Assembly (NCBI GenBank): GCA_964057225.1
Contig: OZ059894.1
Coordinates: 5,580,001-5,644,000 of the forward strand
Direction: 5' to 3'
Length of the DNA stretch: 64,000 bases
Source of the DNA: Auanema rhodensis
Taxonomy: Eukaryota; Animalia; Nematoda
Below are positions 32,528 to 47,596 of the stretch, in pieces. Under the pieces are notes generated by a model. It worked only from the letters and a program-made list of their open reading frames with translations. It was not told where the DNA came from and ran no database searches. The position numbers and the translations under genes are program-made. The number at the start of each line of letters is the position of its first letter. Position 1 is the stretch's first letter.

Positions 32528-34016
32528 ATGAACAATTTGAAAAATCTTCGAGCACCAGATATTTTTATCTATTTATTCCTTATTTTAACTTGCACTGCAC
32601 TCTGCTTTGTTAATATTGTATTTGTTAAATTAAAAAGAGAAATTGACAATAGTTGGCTTGTGTTGACATTCGAAATTCAGGAAACAAAGGTAATTTTTCA
32701 TTAATTGTTATAATACGCTTTCAAGTTTTAAAAAGGTTATTTATGTTTTCTCTTGTTTTGTAGCTGCCAAACAATCGTAATTATAATCAATTATTTAGCT
32801 TATGCATATGTTTCAGGTCGTTTCCGAAAATATTTATAAAGAGCTTCGTCAATTTTCTGTGCAAAATCGTGAAAAGCGACAAAGCTACTACGATAAATCA
32901 GCTTCTCAATATCGAGTTCCTGCGTCGGAAGCTGTTGAGGCCAGTCCACCATCCATAAGACCAAGTTCTGATAAAAGTCAGAAACCTATTCTATATGTAT
33001 AAATATATCAATATGTATGAATATAGATAGCAATAATCTAGCTAATATCTGCCCACCTGGACCCCCAGGACTCAAAGGACAATCTGGTGAGCCAGGTTTA
33101 ATGGGATTGCCAGGGAAGTCAGGAAATCCGGTACGAAAAGACATGTCTTCGGTTTCATGCTACGCTTGCTTTATTCAGGGTTTGAATGCAGATAACATAA
33201 ATATAATTTTTCATGAAATAGCATGTATATTCTGCCCTGCGGGTGAAATGGGAACACCCGGCCCTCCTGGCGTACCAGGTAATCAATGATATTATACCAA
33301 TAATTTAAATGATTCAAAGTATTCGAAAATTATATTTTAACTGTAACCATCCAAACCATAATAGGCATATCATGAATACTGTATTAATAAGATTGTTCAG
33401 CCGCTATGGTTTCGATTATCATGTAAATCACAAACCTCGTAATCTTAAGGTACTCATGGAATACGAGGAGCCCGTGGTATACAAGGCAATCCTGGTTACA
33501 ACGGGTACCCTGGACCTCCAGGAAATGCTGGAAATCCAGGTGGTGTCGGGAAGTCTGGACCTCCTGGCTTACCAGGACTACGTGGTAATGATTTTATTCA
33601 TCAGCGAGGGTTGCCTGGACCTCATGGTTTAATCGGTAATGTTGGAGTAACTGGCCAAGTTGGTAATGTAGGAAAACCTGGAGCTAAAGGAATATCGGGT
33701 GAAATGTCAGTTTTGAGAGGATCCATTTCTTGATCGTTTCTAGTACAATATCTACTTACTATAATTTTTGTTCAGGGGAGCAATAGGACCACCAGGTAAT
33801 GATGGAAAACAAGGGCCAAGTGGTTTAAACGGTAAAGAGGGTATCACAGGAAAAAAGGGAGTGGACGGATTGGTAAGCAATTTTTAGATATATCCTTTTA
33901 TATTGAGTTTTCATATTCACTGGCCAAAAACTTTTTTTTAGTATTGTCAATGTCCACAAAAAAGTTTCGAAGTTCAGGATCATGAAGATGCAACTGTGAT
34001 GTCTTATATAATTTAA
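32528..34016 (+). CDS. Nematode cuticle collagen
   Basis: N-terminal TM segment, REKR furin site, CPPGPPG, CIFCPAG, interrupted Gly-X-Y blocks and C-terminal YCQCP. Confidence 0.92.
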
Positions 34017-34672
34017 TTGTAATAATATGTTTTATACATACGGAATAGTATATATGATACAGAACATGAATAAAATATTATGAAAATAGCAAATGTTGGG
34101 AAATTATTGAAATTGAATTTTTTCACAATAACAGCATTAAAGTGGTTAGCAGGATGAGTAACAGGCACAAATAGTATAATATGCGTAGCGTTGGGAACTC
34201 AAGAGAACTCGTATATCACAAGAACATTGAGATAATGATTTCGAAGTTGCATAACAGATTTCGCAGTTCAAATAATTATTTATAGAAAATGATATCTAGT
34301 CCAAATTCGGATTAGAATTGTGAATGTGTGCCTATAAGAGTTTTGGGTAATAATAATTAGATAGAAAATATGGAAATAGTTATGCACCAATCAAATTATT
34401 CACATAATCATCATAATAAGGAGTAGCAGAACTCTTCAAAAAATAACACATGAAAAGAAAAAATTGAAAATAGATGGGTTCAATATTTCATAGAATAGTA
34501 TCAAATTATCACGAACTACTCGTAGACAATAATAAACATTTGAAACCAAATATTATGGTTTTCAGATTAAAAACAAATTAAATATATATAAGTACACCGA
34601 GAGGTTCTCATTATATATATATATAATATATATATATAATGAAGAAATTCATATTTCCTAGCGAGGAGGAGT

Positions 34673-37600
34673 TTAGCTTAAGTAAAACAGTACTATCACT
34701 GGTACTGTGACAAGAGTAAGAAAGAATAACATGAAAAGTGAATCTAAACGTTCAGCTATACGTACATAGCCGTTCATTTCTCGTCGACGTCGAGGTCCAT
34801 GCGGATCATCCATATCGAAATCTTCCAACTCACCCTGAGAATATAATATTATTTTAATATTAATATAATATGTTTAATGCTATGTTTTTATATATCGAAT
34901 ATTGAGGTTTAGTTAAAATAAATTCTTTCGTTGAATTTAATTGCATCATTTTCAAAACTAGAGAAGCTTAACACATCATTTTTTATTCTTCTTCAAATTT
35001 TCGTGTGTTTCCCAGAGGTTTCGATTGACTTTTGTTTCATAAAATATGTGAGGATATCTGTGTCGTGCAGCTGCAACGATCTAATAGTGAGCTTCTAATG
35101 TTCAGTGAAGATAGGACACAATTTATGGCATTCGCAGGAAAAAGAAAATAGGAGGAAATGATGGAGAAACAGGTTCATTGAGTGTCAATGAAGAGAAGAG
35201 CGACAACGGCTGTTGTCTCTTTTCACCTATTTCTTCACTAGATATCATGAGCATTCTAAATGTGTATGTATGTATGTGTATCTATGTAGACATCTAGAAA
35301 ATCATCAAATAGATGATTAACTAAACGACAGTTAGAAAGAAAATGTTTTCAGAGAAAAATATCTGAAATAATAATCTGAACCAGTCCGAAACTAACTGGT
35401 CACCTTTTTGAATATATTTAATTTAATTTTGAATGTTATCAAGCCGTCAAACAATGAAAAAGTAATGTCAGCACCAATAAAATTTTTTTATAATGTACCT
35501 GAAGATTTTCACACGTGCTTGCTAATTTCTTCACAAACGACTCGAGAGCATGTATACGTTTCAGCATCGATATTTCAGCATGAATTTCACCATTTAAATG
35601 ATCCGTAATTAAAGGTTTTGTTAATCCTAATTCGTCATTCTGTTGCTGATCAACCTGCAATTGATCCCGTAGTGTCCACTATAACCAAAAATGGAGAGTT
35701 CATGGGGAAAAAAATCGTTACCTTAGGTCTTATAAGCCTCAAACAAAAACACTTTAAAACCCATCTTGGTGGTTCCTTTCCAAAACGTCCTTTTCGATGA
35801 ACTCTCATGACGATTCCAGTCGTCATAGCTGCCAATGAGACGACAATCATGTTGAAGAGAAAATATGCAACTAAATCCAATTCGATGATTCAATAACGTA
35901 TAAGATAATTTTTGATCTCATAATTTTTTAACAATCAAGTAATGCCTTGTTACGTTTTAAGTTTTTAATATCATTTTGCAACATTCTAAGTTTCAGAAAT
36001 TTAGTGCTCTTCTAAGAAATAAAACAGAAGGTAAGGATTCCAGCAAGATTTACACATTTTATGACATTTCTCTACTAAATTAAAGATGCACTAATCGTCT
36101 ATACATATATCTTCGACATTTTTAAATATATGATTTCTTTAATGGCGTTGGAATAATGGGGTGATACTCACAACACTTTGATTGATAATTCAAAATATAT
36201 TATAGTAATTTTCATGTATTCATATTTGAATCTCACCTAATAGAGGTACGTGTGTTGAACTATGTGGAACCTTTTCACTAACAACTAGAGAAAGAACAGC
36301 CATTGTTAGGATGGCTGTTACACCTAATGTAAACCTTTCCTAAATATAAATTACTTCAAACATTTGAAAAATGTGCTTGTATTACCTCTCGTTCACCTGT
36401 TGTTGAAAAGCGTGCAAATAATCCAACCACCGATATTGAGCACATTATGTAAGATGGGAACGTTAAGGTCACCATATAGAACAGAGGCCGTCGTTTGACT
36501 GACACATCAAAGCTTACTTCGGATACCTGCAACTTTGCTTAAAAACAATTTGTTGCTAAAAAAAACCTCTGTGCCCTCATGCTCATAAGTGTCTTCTTTT
36601 ACAGAAATATTTAGCAATTTCCATTCCTCATTATCAGTATAATGCTGCAGAGAATGTTCTGTATGAGCATGCAGTCGAATCTTTTCTTTTCCATATGCCC
36701 ATGAAGCTATCTTAACAAATGAATAACTTAAGCTATATTGCTACAACCTTTGAAATATATTCAAATAATTAATGTTATACCTGTAGAGCACAACGTTGGT
36801 CGTCAAGAGGAAAATGACGTATATTAATTTCACACGAAACAGTGTGAACAGCTGGATGACTAGCCACTATTGTACCGTTAGAAGAAATTCTTACAGGTGC
36901 TCGAACGGATGATAAAAGATCTTCATGTTCCAGCCTGGAATTTTGAACCCTTAATTCTGGGCTCATGCGCCCTTATCAATAGTCTAATAGTGTTCCAAAT
37001 GTAGACTTGTAGATGAGGATTATATCATATACATGTAATAATAATTGAACTGTATTGCTGACTTACATATTAAAAATTATGATATCTGGCAGCCAAATTT
37101 TGTCAATGGGTAACCATGTTTTTGAAATTCCTCCAAAGAGCGCTGGATCCCAGGCAAGTGATGGATCTATCCATCGCTGAAATTATCAATATTCTATGTT
37201 TTATTTTTTAATAAACAACTTCTTCGACATATATCAAAACTGTCATTGTCTGTTTGAGTTCGTCAATTCCCAATATATGCACTAATTCCATCTCGTAGTG
37301 TAAATCCAAAAGACCGTCTGGTGGAGCATTCATGTTGTGCCGTTGAAGAAGATATTCTGTCAACTTTTTCGAGGAACCTTTAAAATAATCTAATGAATTT
37401 TCTCTTAACTATTACAGTATACTATGTTGTTTTTTGTATCAACACACTTTTTTTGTTATCTCACAGTTTGTTTTAGCTAAAGGTTTAGCGAAATGAGCTT
37501 GAAACGATCTCTATTTCACATTAAGCTGTTAGGTTGATCCCATCATTTCTAACACATGTAGTTTCATCTTTGACTTTAAAATTGTCTTTTATTTTCTAAG

Positions 37601-38148
37601 AACATTTGATGCTTCACAGGAAGTACAGAAGGTCCACATTTCTTCCAAAGGAAATATGTAAGCGAAGAAAAGACGGACACGAGAGAGATAATTGGATAAC
37701 ATATTACATGCATGAACTATTATGCTCTTGGGACTCACGCGTGTTACTGAATTCCTCAGCGTTTTGAACATTCTATTCAATTTTGAATTTTTTCGTTTGA
37801 AAAAACATGACCTTAGATTGCCAAAAAAAGCAAGAAATTTCTTTCTTTTTTTTGTAAAGAATCATGTTTGATATACACTTTTAGAGATATTGAACTTAAA
37901 ACTCAAAAAAATTGTGGAAAGAATAAAAGCTTTTTTTAGGTTTAAGTTTATGAATAAATTAAATTAACAGTACCGGGAACAACATTGTCGATTTGTCCAT
38001 CGTAGCTCACAGTAGTTAACTATAAAATTTCAAAACTTTAGCAAGGAAAACAAAGCAGATTTATTACTTGCACAGACGGACCTCCGACTTCTTCCATAGC
38101 CCAAATATTAATTAGAAATGACGGTATAAATAGCAATAAAAACAACAT
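34673..38148 (-). CDS. pbo-5: Cys-loop ligand-gated cation channel of the PBO-5/PBO-6 (proton-gated) type
   Basis: Signal peptide, WLPDIIIFN, Cys-loop CEINIRHFPLDDQRC, no vicinal CC in loop C, M2 EREERFTLGVTAILTMAVLSLVVSEKVPHSSTHVPLL, and M4 after AERLD. The pbo-5 call rests on recall of this subfamily and on chromosome V-type neighbours. Confidence 0.7.
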
Positions 38149-41100
38149 TTGCGTCTGAAAACTGTCAAAACACTTTTGAAAAATTGTGGGTTCTAATCTT
38201 TAATTGATAAATGCAATAAAACGAGTAAAAATACAAAAGTTATCAAGATAAACTGTAAGTCGGTCAAATGAAAGCAAATTTTGAATGAAATTGAAGAATG
38301 ATGTTAAGAGGTGATGATGGCCGGAACTGATTGCTGTGAGTCTAATGAATGGAAAAGAAGAGAATGAAAGAAGATGTTCGCAACTGGTGCAATGGCCATT
38401 AATACATAGAGTGAAGAACAAATGACACGCCTCCTATCTGTTCACCATATGCCTCAAGTCATTTTAGCGCAAGGATAAAGGATTAGAAGAGAATAAAAAG
38501 AAATTGAAGAGCTAATACATTGGTGATAGATGAAGAAGAAAGTTGGAATAATTCAAGCGAACAAGGGGGCAATGAGTCAGGCCACATTTGACATAGCAAT
38601 AAGCAAAGTTGGTTGAAATCGAGCACCGGAAAGAATGCATCAAGATTGAGATTCAAATAAAATCAACAAAAATAGATAGAAATGGGTATAGACAAGAAAG
38701 ATCGATCAGCTTAACAAATTGGATTCACTGCTTCATCTCAATAAAGTTTGAGTTAAGTTCGTGTACATTACAATCGCTTGATGTCTTAGAGCCAATTACA
38801 AGTTAATGGATACGGTAGCCATGACGAAGGGCATACCTAACACATGTCTTGGAGAAGTCAATAGAAATGCTATTCATACGATTGATTTCCTTTCATAAAG
38901 GTACTAAAATTAAAATTTATGAAGTATTAGATAAATATATGTGAATAGAACAACTGAAAATTCTACTAAACATTAAATTCGAAAGAAAGAAGAGCACTGA
39001 GCCGAACATTTTCATTTCGATTAACCTAATGGAGGGGAGAAGGAAAGCGAAACCCAATGATTTGATTGTATTCTCTTGAGCTCAGATAATTTAGTCAAGT
39101 TTCTCAATATTACACTTTGAATTACTGGTTTTGAGGGCTTGTGATTTTCTTCTTCGTTCGTTGGGTTTTTTCTATAGTGATAATATCTACAAAAACCATT
39201 TATTGCTAGATATAATTCAAATATATTTAAGAAAGAGGTTCATAATAAACCTCATTTTATACTCATTTTTAGAAATTGTTATAAAAAGGATCAGAAACAT
39301 TTTCTCTCTCTGAAGATTATATAAATATCAACATTTAAAACTTAGATCACTGAGAAAAATAAATATAAATTTAAAATCCAATTTATATTATTTTTCGAAA
39401 CTCGAACTTAAGTACAAAATCAGTATTCAGATATAAGCATGATGTAACGATGAGAAAATTTAGTTCAGTGAGGTCACCTTGGTCAATGAAAACTCTATAA
39501 AATGTTACAAACTCATTAAGCTTTAACTACTTGTTTCTCAATTAGTTTTACTTGATACTGATGAGGTAAGTTCACATCACTATATGTTAAAGATGTATAC
39601 GCTTGTCTTTTATAAAAAATGAGAATGATGAGTACGAATCAGATATTTTTTAAATGAGTGTTTTTTTGCCCATTCATTGTGTTTTACAGATGAGTGACAA
39701 ACGAGATTCTGTATCAGATGCTCATAACATGAGGATAACTTTGGTAGTAATATATAGAAAAACGTTTATATTATATTGAAAACGGTGTTAATTACATGAA
39801 TTTTTTATTTGTGGTTATAAGATTATTATTTTAAAAAGTAAATTGCTCTAAAGTTTCATTCATTAAAAAAATATAAAATTTATTTGTGTCTTTTCTTTAC
39901 TTTAAATTATAATTAGTTAAGTAATTACAAAATTTAGTTTCGTGTTATCAATCAGTTGTAAAAATGATTTAAAACACTAGATAGTTTTGCTGCGTTTGAT
40001 TTTCTTTTTTTTTTAATAAATGTAAAGTTTGAATACAACTTTTCAAACTAAAACAATTTCATGGTTTGACTATATTCAGGTGCCAGTTAACTTATGCCTT
40101 TTGCAGTTTTGCGTATGAAAAAAAATGTTTCGTTTAATATATGAATATAATATGTATGCATACTGAATATAGTATACTTTTTAATTTTATTTTCAGATCT
40201 TGTTTTTTTTGTGTTTTTCACTATTAAACAAAAGTGATACAATTAAGTTTTTAACAATTACAGTATACATATATATAAATATTTTGTAAACGTTAAAAAT
40301 ATATTAGATATGATCAAAGTTTCTAGAAAAACATGATATCATTTGCATTAAATGTAATGAAATATTTAAAAACATTTACAGATAAAGATGTGTATATCAG
40401 CTCTCATTTAGTATACATCCTTTCACACAGATCTAGGGTTATCAATTTCATAGTTTTCATTCTAATACTCTTCAAAACATCCTTTTGTGAAAAAAAACCT
40501 TTAATTTTCTTAGAAACATCATCGGACGATTCGATTTTTAAAAACGGAACAAGAAAACATGAAAGGAAGTTCTAATATGTAATTTATGCCTCTTTGTTTA
40601 CATATGTGAAGCTATAACTACTATAAGATAATAATATTGAGAGAAATGTGTAATAAAAATGTTTTTTCAGATTTGACTCCTGCAAACATCAAATGATGCT
40701 TGATTATTAGTTTGATTATATCAATTATGGTAAATATGAAAACGCCTCTTTCAATGTGATAACAAATCATGAAGTTCATTTGATAAGAATAGTTCTGTTC
40801 GGATAATTAACGCTTGTTCTATTTTTCTGTGCTGAAACGTTAAAATTGATTTGCTTATAGTGTATATATAATATATTTTTGAAAAGTATTAAATTAAAAC
40901 GTTTTTTTTAACTATATATTGAATATAAATCGGTAGTTCGCAGTCAAGAAATATGATATAATATGTTTTTTTTCTTCTTCCAGTATTTTTTTTGAATTCC
41001 AATGTAAAAATTCATCTTAAAAATAGTTTTTCAAGATTAATAAGTTTGTGCTGCTGATTCCATGCATCCCATGAGATTGCAAGGAATTGAAAAACATGAA

Positions 41101-44100
41101 GCTATACATGCTCACATCTCTGAATATGTACGTCTTAAGTTTTCATTTTATTCTGGTATTGAACCATAGTTCTGCTAATAATTTTTTGTGGTCAATTGTA
41201 TTACAGAGCTTACGAAGAATGAAATATTTAATTTAGAACTCTGACATCACAAAACCATCTGCGAAAATTAAGCAATTCATATTCACTAATCATTTTTATT
41301 TTCCACCTATATTTATACATGTACAAGTATATAAAATATATTTTTGTATATGTTTCTTTATGTCTTATTTCCGTTTTTCTTCATTTTTCTAAAAATCTTC
41401 ATAACAATTACTTTTTTGGAATTACGTCTTCCTTACATGCTTTCCTTACTAACAGAAAATAACGAGCCAGATCTTATTTTAATCATTCATAAAGTCTTTC
41501 TTTCCTCATAAAATTATATAATTTAATACATGTCTCAAGTAAGATTTAGCCTTTCAAGGATATGTTTCCGTCATGAGCAGATTCACCATCACACCACAAG
41601 CTTCATTGCTAGCATCTTCTCTTCAGCATTTTCTGCTTTAGTCTTCAGCCTATTCATTTAATGTTCTTCCTCAGTAGTCCCATGGTACCAGATCAACTAT
41701 TCTAAGCAGCATTTTTTTATTCGGCTAGCAACTAAAATTTTTTACGACAATATATCTGTTCCATGTTGTGATGGATAGAAAACATCATGAAGTAGGAAGA
41801 AAAGGAGGAAGAGATATATAGCCTGGAAATTATACCATAAGTCGGGCTATCCACCCTCACCACCACCCTCACAACGCCGTATTAGGCTATGTTGTCTCTC
41901 AGTCCTCTTGAAAAACTATACTGTCTCTTTCCCTGACTAATGCTCTTGAGGGCAAACAAGGACAAGAAATGAGAGAAAGAGAAAAACGGGGAAAGTAGAG
42001 ATAGGAAAAGAGCATGAACGAATGAAAGATGATGAAAGATAGAACTGAAGAAAAGAGAAAGTGGGAGACATAGAGAGTTAGAGAATTAGAGGGTAAGAAA
42101 GAGATGCGGAGAAGGAGAGGGCAGCTTTGAATTTCCAATAGCGCCCAGCACATAGGAGCCAGTTCGAGTAGTAGCGATAGGCCTTCAAGGGTACTTTACA
42201 TCTTATGTTTTTACATATTTTCCTGTTCCGTTTGGAATTCGTGTTGTTATAACTTTGATCAAGCTTCATATGATCTATCCATAATCTTCTAAAATATTTT
42301 ATTGCTTCTCCCAAGCGTTCTGCTATATTTATAAATTAATCTTTCCAATAATTATAGCAGTATATCCACCAAGCTAACAACATATTAAAGTATATATATA
42401 TATATATACTTATAATTAATTTCATTTGCTCATCATAACATTTGAATCTGAAAAAGTAGAAAGAATGATGTACACTGAAATAAATTTAATCACATGATCC
42501 CAGCGACAACGTGTTTGTTTTTAGATTAAAATAAATATGTTGATTAAACATCTAAATTTTTCAAATCAATTTATATTATCATTTTTCTGACTTTCAGTTT
42601 ATTTTTTTTCTCACTCAGTGTTTAATTATTTTGAATAATTATCGTTATTACAATATCTTTTTTTCCTGGCCTACAAATGTAGCTGTTATGCTTCTTTGGC
42701 TGTTCTGTATCAACCAGTCCAATCCATTATCACACATGAATACATTGTATCTATTATACATCTGCCAGGCCTTATTTCAGTTTCAACATGTGTTGTTTAC
42801 CGGTTTTTATTTTTATTTTTATTTTTATTTTTATTTTTGTTTTGTTTTTTAATTTTTCAAATATCTATTCATTGCCACACCTCAGATATGCACTAACGAT
42901 ATAGTGATACTAACAAGACAGCTGTTTTTTGTTGAACGTTTTTCGTCAAACTTCTTTTTTTAATAAAAAAAAAGTTTAATATAGAAGTCTATGTGAATCA
43001 AGTATTTATTATAAAGAAAATACGAGTGATTCACAAAAAAAAAGAGAATGTATCCTTTCCAACAGTAAGATCACCACCATTCATAGCATACAGATAAAGA
43101 ATGACGTCAAATGCTTGATCCACGTGAGTTTCACGCGGAAATCGTACGAAACCGTTTATAGGCATGACTATGAGCCTAGATAACAACGTCTGAATATTGT
43201 ACTCTTTTCATTGTTAAAATTTCAAAAAAATATTTTTTTCACAAAAACAACTTCTGGAATTCTTCATCTAGTTTTCTCATTTATTTTTTCAATATACATG
43301 TATAACTAAACGGTTGGAAATCGTCCCTCATTTGAACTTTCATATTGAAATGATTAGTCAATGACCACACTGAGTCGTTGCTTGACCTTTTTCGATCAAA
43401 GAGGTCATTAACATGGTAGCTGGTTCAATAGTTGCTACAGAGGTCACATCCAGATCTATACCCTTGTACTTAAAATTTTTTACTCCATTTATCCAATGTT
43501 TGAAACGAGAAAGCATTCATTCTTAGATCTTATGTTGTCTTTATTCTTGGCTTTTTTGATTTATCACTGATTTACTGTTTTTCTTGCCAAGTTATCCTTC
43601 CCAAAAACTCACACAATGATAAAACAATAGGGTGAAATAGTTTTTGCTCAATTTTAATTTTTTTGATTTCGCGTTTTTGTTTTCATTCATTAATAGTTAA
43701 TTTTACTTTTCGTGCGACAATATCAATCTTAATACACTTGGTTATACCAACAAACCAGTTTCCCGATCAGGATGGCCAATTTTAGCGAAGTTGAAGCCAT
43801 TCAAACATTAAAAGCTGAAGAAGGCATGATTCATCAGATTAATTTATTGTTCCATTTATCATAGTTTATTAGAATTTATTTTTATAAATTTAAACCATAA
43901 ATACTATTTGCATATTCTACATGTATTTTTCTATAAAAGTTTTTCCAATTACATGGCAGCGGAACTATTTTATTTTTCTGATATTTTATTGAAACTTTTC
44001 ACGTTTGAAACTGATTACTATTTTTGTTACTACTGCAAAAACCCCAACTTGATTTGTGCTGAAGTCCAAACCGATCAATTTCTATAATATAGCAAAATAG

Positions 44101-46075
44101 TCAATTTAAGAAAAGCTTCTAGACCACTAGTCGGCGGAATAATTAGATTCTTTCGTTCAATTCTTCTGTCTCTCACTCGATGTGATGCATCCGAAGTTTT
44201 TATCCAAGTGATGAGAAGGAGTTTTAGCTTCATTTATTCGTGTCACTAACATCCGTAGTTTCAATGAGTAACTTTTCTTGCCGAACAACATATTTTTATC
44301 AGTTTATTTGAAAATAACGCAATCTTGTTTCACAATTTTCATATTTATTTATCATATTTGAGTAGGCATTTCAAGTAGATCAGTTGGAAATTTTTTCCTT
44401 GTCAGCAGATGTGTCTGACTAGGTCAGCTCAAAGTAAGTCGTTCATTGAATTGTGCACAATCAAGCTTGAATCTATTTTCTTCTCCTACCCCTTATCGAA
44501 ATAAGACTTGCATATCAGTTCATGAAGTTTCCAATAGCAGTTTGGATAATGGATCATAAATATTCTCATTTTGAAAAAAGTGTGGAATTGAATAGAAGTA
44601 AAACTAGCTCCAAGTTGGACTTTTGAACAAAATAACAATTTCACTTAATCAAATTGAAAAACGTAAATAAACCATATGTATCGATGTAGTTACATATATA
44701 AATATTACGTAAATACATATAATTTTTCAGCTTGATGATTGTTTTTCATTTTATATTTTTTCCTTTTGCTGAGTGTAATTTCGTTTCTCAGTGTAGTCTG
44801 CGAATATATCGGCACAGTTGTGAGCTAAAAAAGTATTTTAAAAAGTTTATTAACAAAATCAAAAAAAATAGAAAGCTTTTCTCATTTCCTCTTTTTTTAA
44901 AATTATTTTATTATTATTTCTAGATTTCTGTCTTATTATTTCTTCTAACTTCTTTATTTTATATTTGTTCTTATTGTTTATCTAATGAAAAAAATATATT
45001 TTAATATTGAGTCAAATAAATAAGATTTGAATCAGTTGTGATCTTAACTTTAATTTTTTCTCTCTCTCATAATTATGATCTTTATGATCAAATTACACTA
45101 GTTCGTTTGCGAAAATCTTTCATCTGTTGGCTGATAAGCTCTTTTTAGTGATTTTGATACAATAAAAAAGTCGATGGTTCATAGATTAAGATTATAAATT
45201 GAAATTACAGGTTAAATGACTATTATAAAATTAATATTATCTATAACTTTTGTTCATTTTTCACACTTCAAATACTTATTAAACATTATAGCCATGGAAA
45301 AGATCCAGAAAAGTTTTTAACTCTGCTAGATTTCCTTACTATTCCTCTGTTATCTCTTTTTGCTTTTCAATCTACACATTCTAATAAATATCTTCATGTT
45401 AACAAATGTTCTTTTCTTAATTTTCATTTAGCCTAGTATTTGTTTTATGTTTCTTATAGTCAAAAAATTTTCCCTTGGTCTCAAGACTTCACTTTCTTCT
45501 ATTATAACATATGCTGGAACATGAGATTCAAGATTTTCCGACAAGCTTCGTAACTTAACGTTTTTTGTTTCAGTTTAAAATTTTTGCAGCTCATCGTTTT
45601 TAACTCACTTGCTGCGAATATGAAAAAAAAACTTTTGCTCTTCTTGAATTTTATTTTTCATTAACCCTGCAACTCTTAATTATGAGTTTTAATATTGTTT
45701 TTAAATTATGGATGGCTGAAAATTGTTTCGCTTTTTTAGAATATAATGTAAAAAAAAAGAAATGTGTAATAGTTGTCCTCCGTCATTTATTTATACTTGA
45801 GTGAGAAATTTTTTTTCTTCAGAAGAATAGAATCGTTGCTATTAGTGATGAGGCATTCTAGGAGAATATACTAAATTTAAAAATTTTTTGTTCTGCCAGA
45901 AACAAGATCTCGTTTTTAACGCTTTTCTGTCAAGCTTTGTCAATCAGATGTTTCGTTTTATTCCCGACTTGCTGCAATTATGTCGCTAGATCATTTTTCA
46001 ACTTTCTTACTGTCGTGAAAAGTATATTTTTTAATTTTTTTATTCTATTTTCAAAAAAAGTTGTTAACAGATGAA

Positions 46076-47596
46076 ATGATTGGCCAGAGACTGGAAAAAA
46101 TATTTCGTAAGCTTAGAATAAGCAACGAAAAAAAATTGAAATATTCGAAGAAGAAGAAGGAAAAACGAAGTAAAAAAGAAATCGTATTACCTGATGCTGT
46201 TTGGTAAGTTTTTACAGATGTTTTGTAATTTATATTCATGTTTCCTTTTTATAGGGGTAGAATATTTGATTATTCGTCTCCATTTGATGTAGCACGATGG
46301 CGAACTGTTAACCGTCAATTTCATCGAGTAGCTGAAGAGCGAAACCAACAATTACTCTATTTGGATATTCTTCGTATTGATATAAATGCAATTTTACCTC
46401 CCTCTATAAATAGTGATGGTAGAGTAATGCCTTGTTAGCAATTAGTATTTTTTTGTTCAGGCGATTTTTTCCGACATTCAACTTGTCAAATTCTTGCTCA
46501 CAGCGAGCGTCGTTCACTATTATTAGCTGTTCATTCTCACTGGACCGTAAATGATGCTTTTCGTTTATTACAGATCCTTAGACACTTTGGACAATTTGCA
46601 GCTACAATCACAGTAAAACCACTGTTTTCAGAAAACTTTTAATAATATTTTCGTTACAGCTTGATGTTTCGATTGCTGAACTTTGTGTGGCCGGTCAGTG
46701 TACAAATGATATAAGACATTGGTTTACTTTCCAAACAATAGCATCAAGTATTGATGAACTTCCAAATTTTAAACTGGTAAGTTATTGAATGAAAATGGTA
46801 GGAAGCATAGCAGATAATTTATTAAATAAACAAATTATCTTTATTTTGTTATCTAAAAGTATCTGCCCTTTGTCGGATTCATACTTTACATTCACTGCCA
46901 AATTCAATGTAAAATGATTTCTGATTTTCCACTTCTCACAACATAATATCTTTATCGAGGCTCATTTTTAACTTAAAATTGTTACGATTTTCTAAAAGAT
47001 TGACAAAAAGTTGAACTTCCTTTACTGAAAGCGTGCAATCTTATTTGAACCAAACTTCGAAGAGAGTTCATTTAGACTTAAGAAATTTTGAAAAATAAAA
47101 AAAAATAAATCTATTATTCAAATATTATTGTTGAGATAAATTTCAGAAGACATCTGGCCCCGGCTGGCTACCGAAATCCGCCACTTTTCCAGTCGCTATA
47201 AGTGGAGAAACAAACAAATTACCCAAGTGGAATCCTCGTACCCAGCGAATTCCTCTTGGTCCGATTTTTCCAAATGCAAAAGAAGTAATACTTTATATAT
47301 CCAATCTCATAAGTTTGTAACTATCAGATTGTTAAAGTTAGAACTATGTATTGAACTAAACTATTTATATTTAGATAACATTCCAAACAACTTTGTCTCA
47401 ACTGCGTCGGCTACGACGATTTTCTGTATATGAAACTCCATCATCATCACTATTTTCGAGAGATGTTCTACAACTATTCCGTTTATCTATTACCGGTACA
47501 AAACAATCACCCCCGGTTCCGTTACGATTGATCTCTTTCATGGAATGGTTGGATACTGAACGTCTAGGAGGAAAATATTGTACACAATTCTGTTGA
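46076..47596 (+). CDS. F-box domain protein
   Basis: Lys-rich N-terminus, then the spliced F-box motif LPDAVW/GRIFDYSSPFDVARWRTVNRQFHRVA; further exons run to ...GGKYCTQFC*. Confidence 0.75.

Noticed and set aside
38200-46000. Hidden gene or miRNA in the long intergenic region
   Set aside because: Only short AT-rich or purine-tract ORFs and small hairpins; I saw no match to conserved nematode miRNAs I recall. A small gene cannot be excluded without RNA data.
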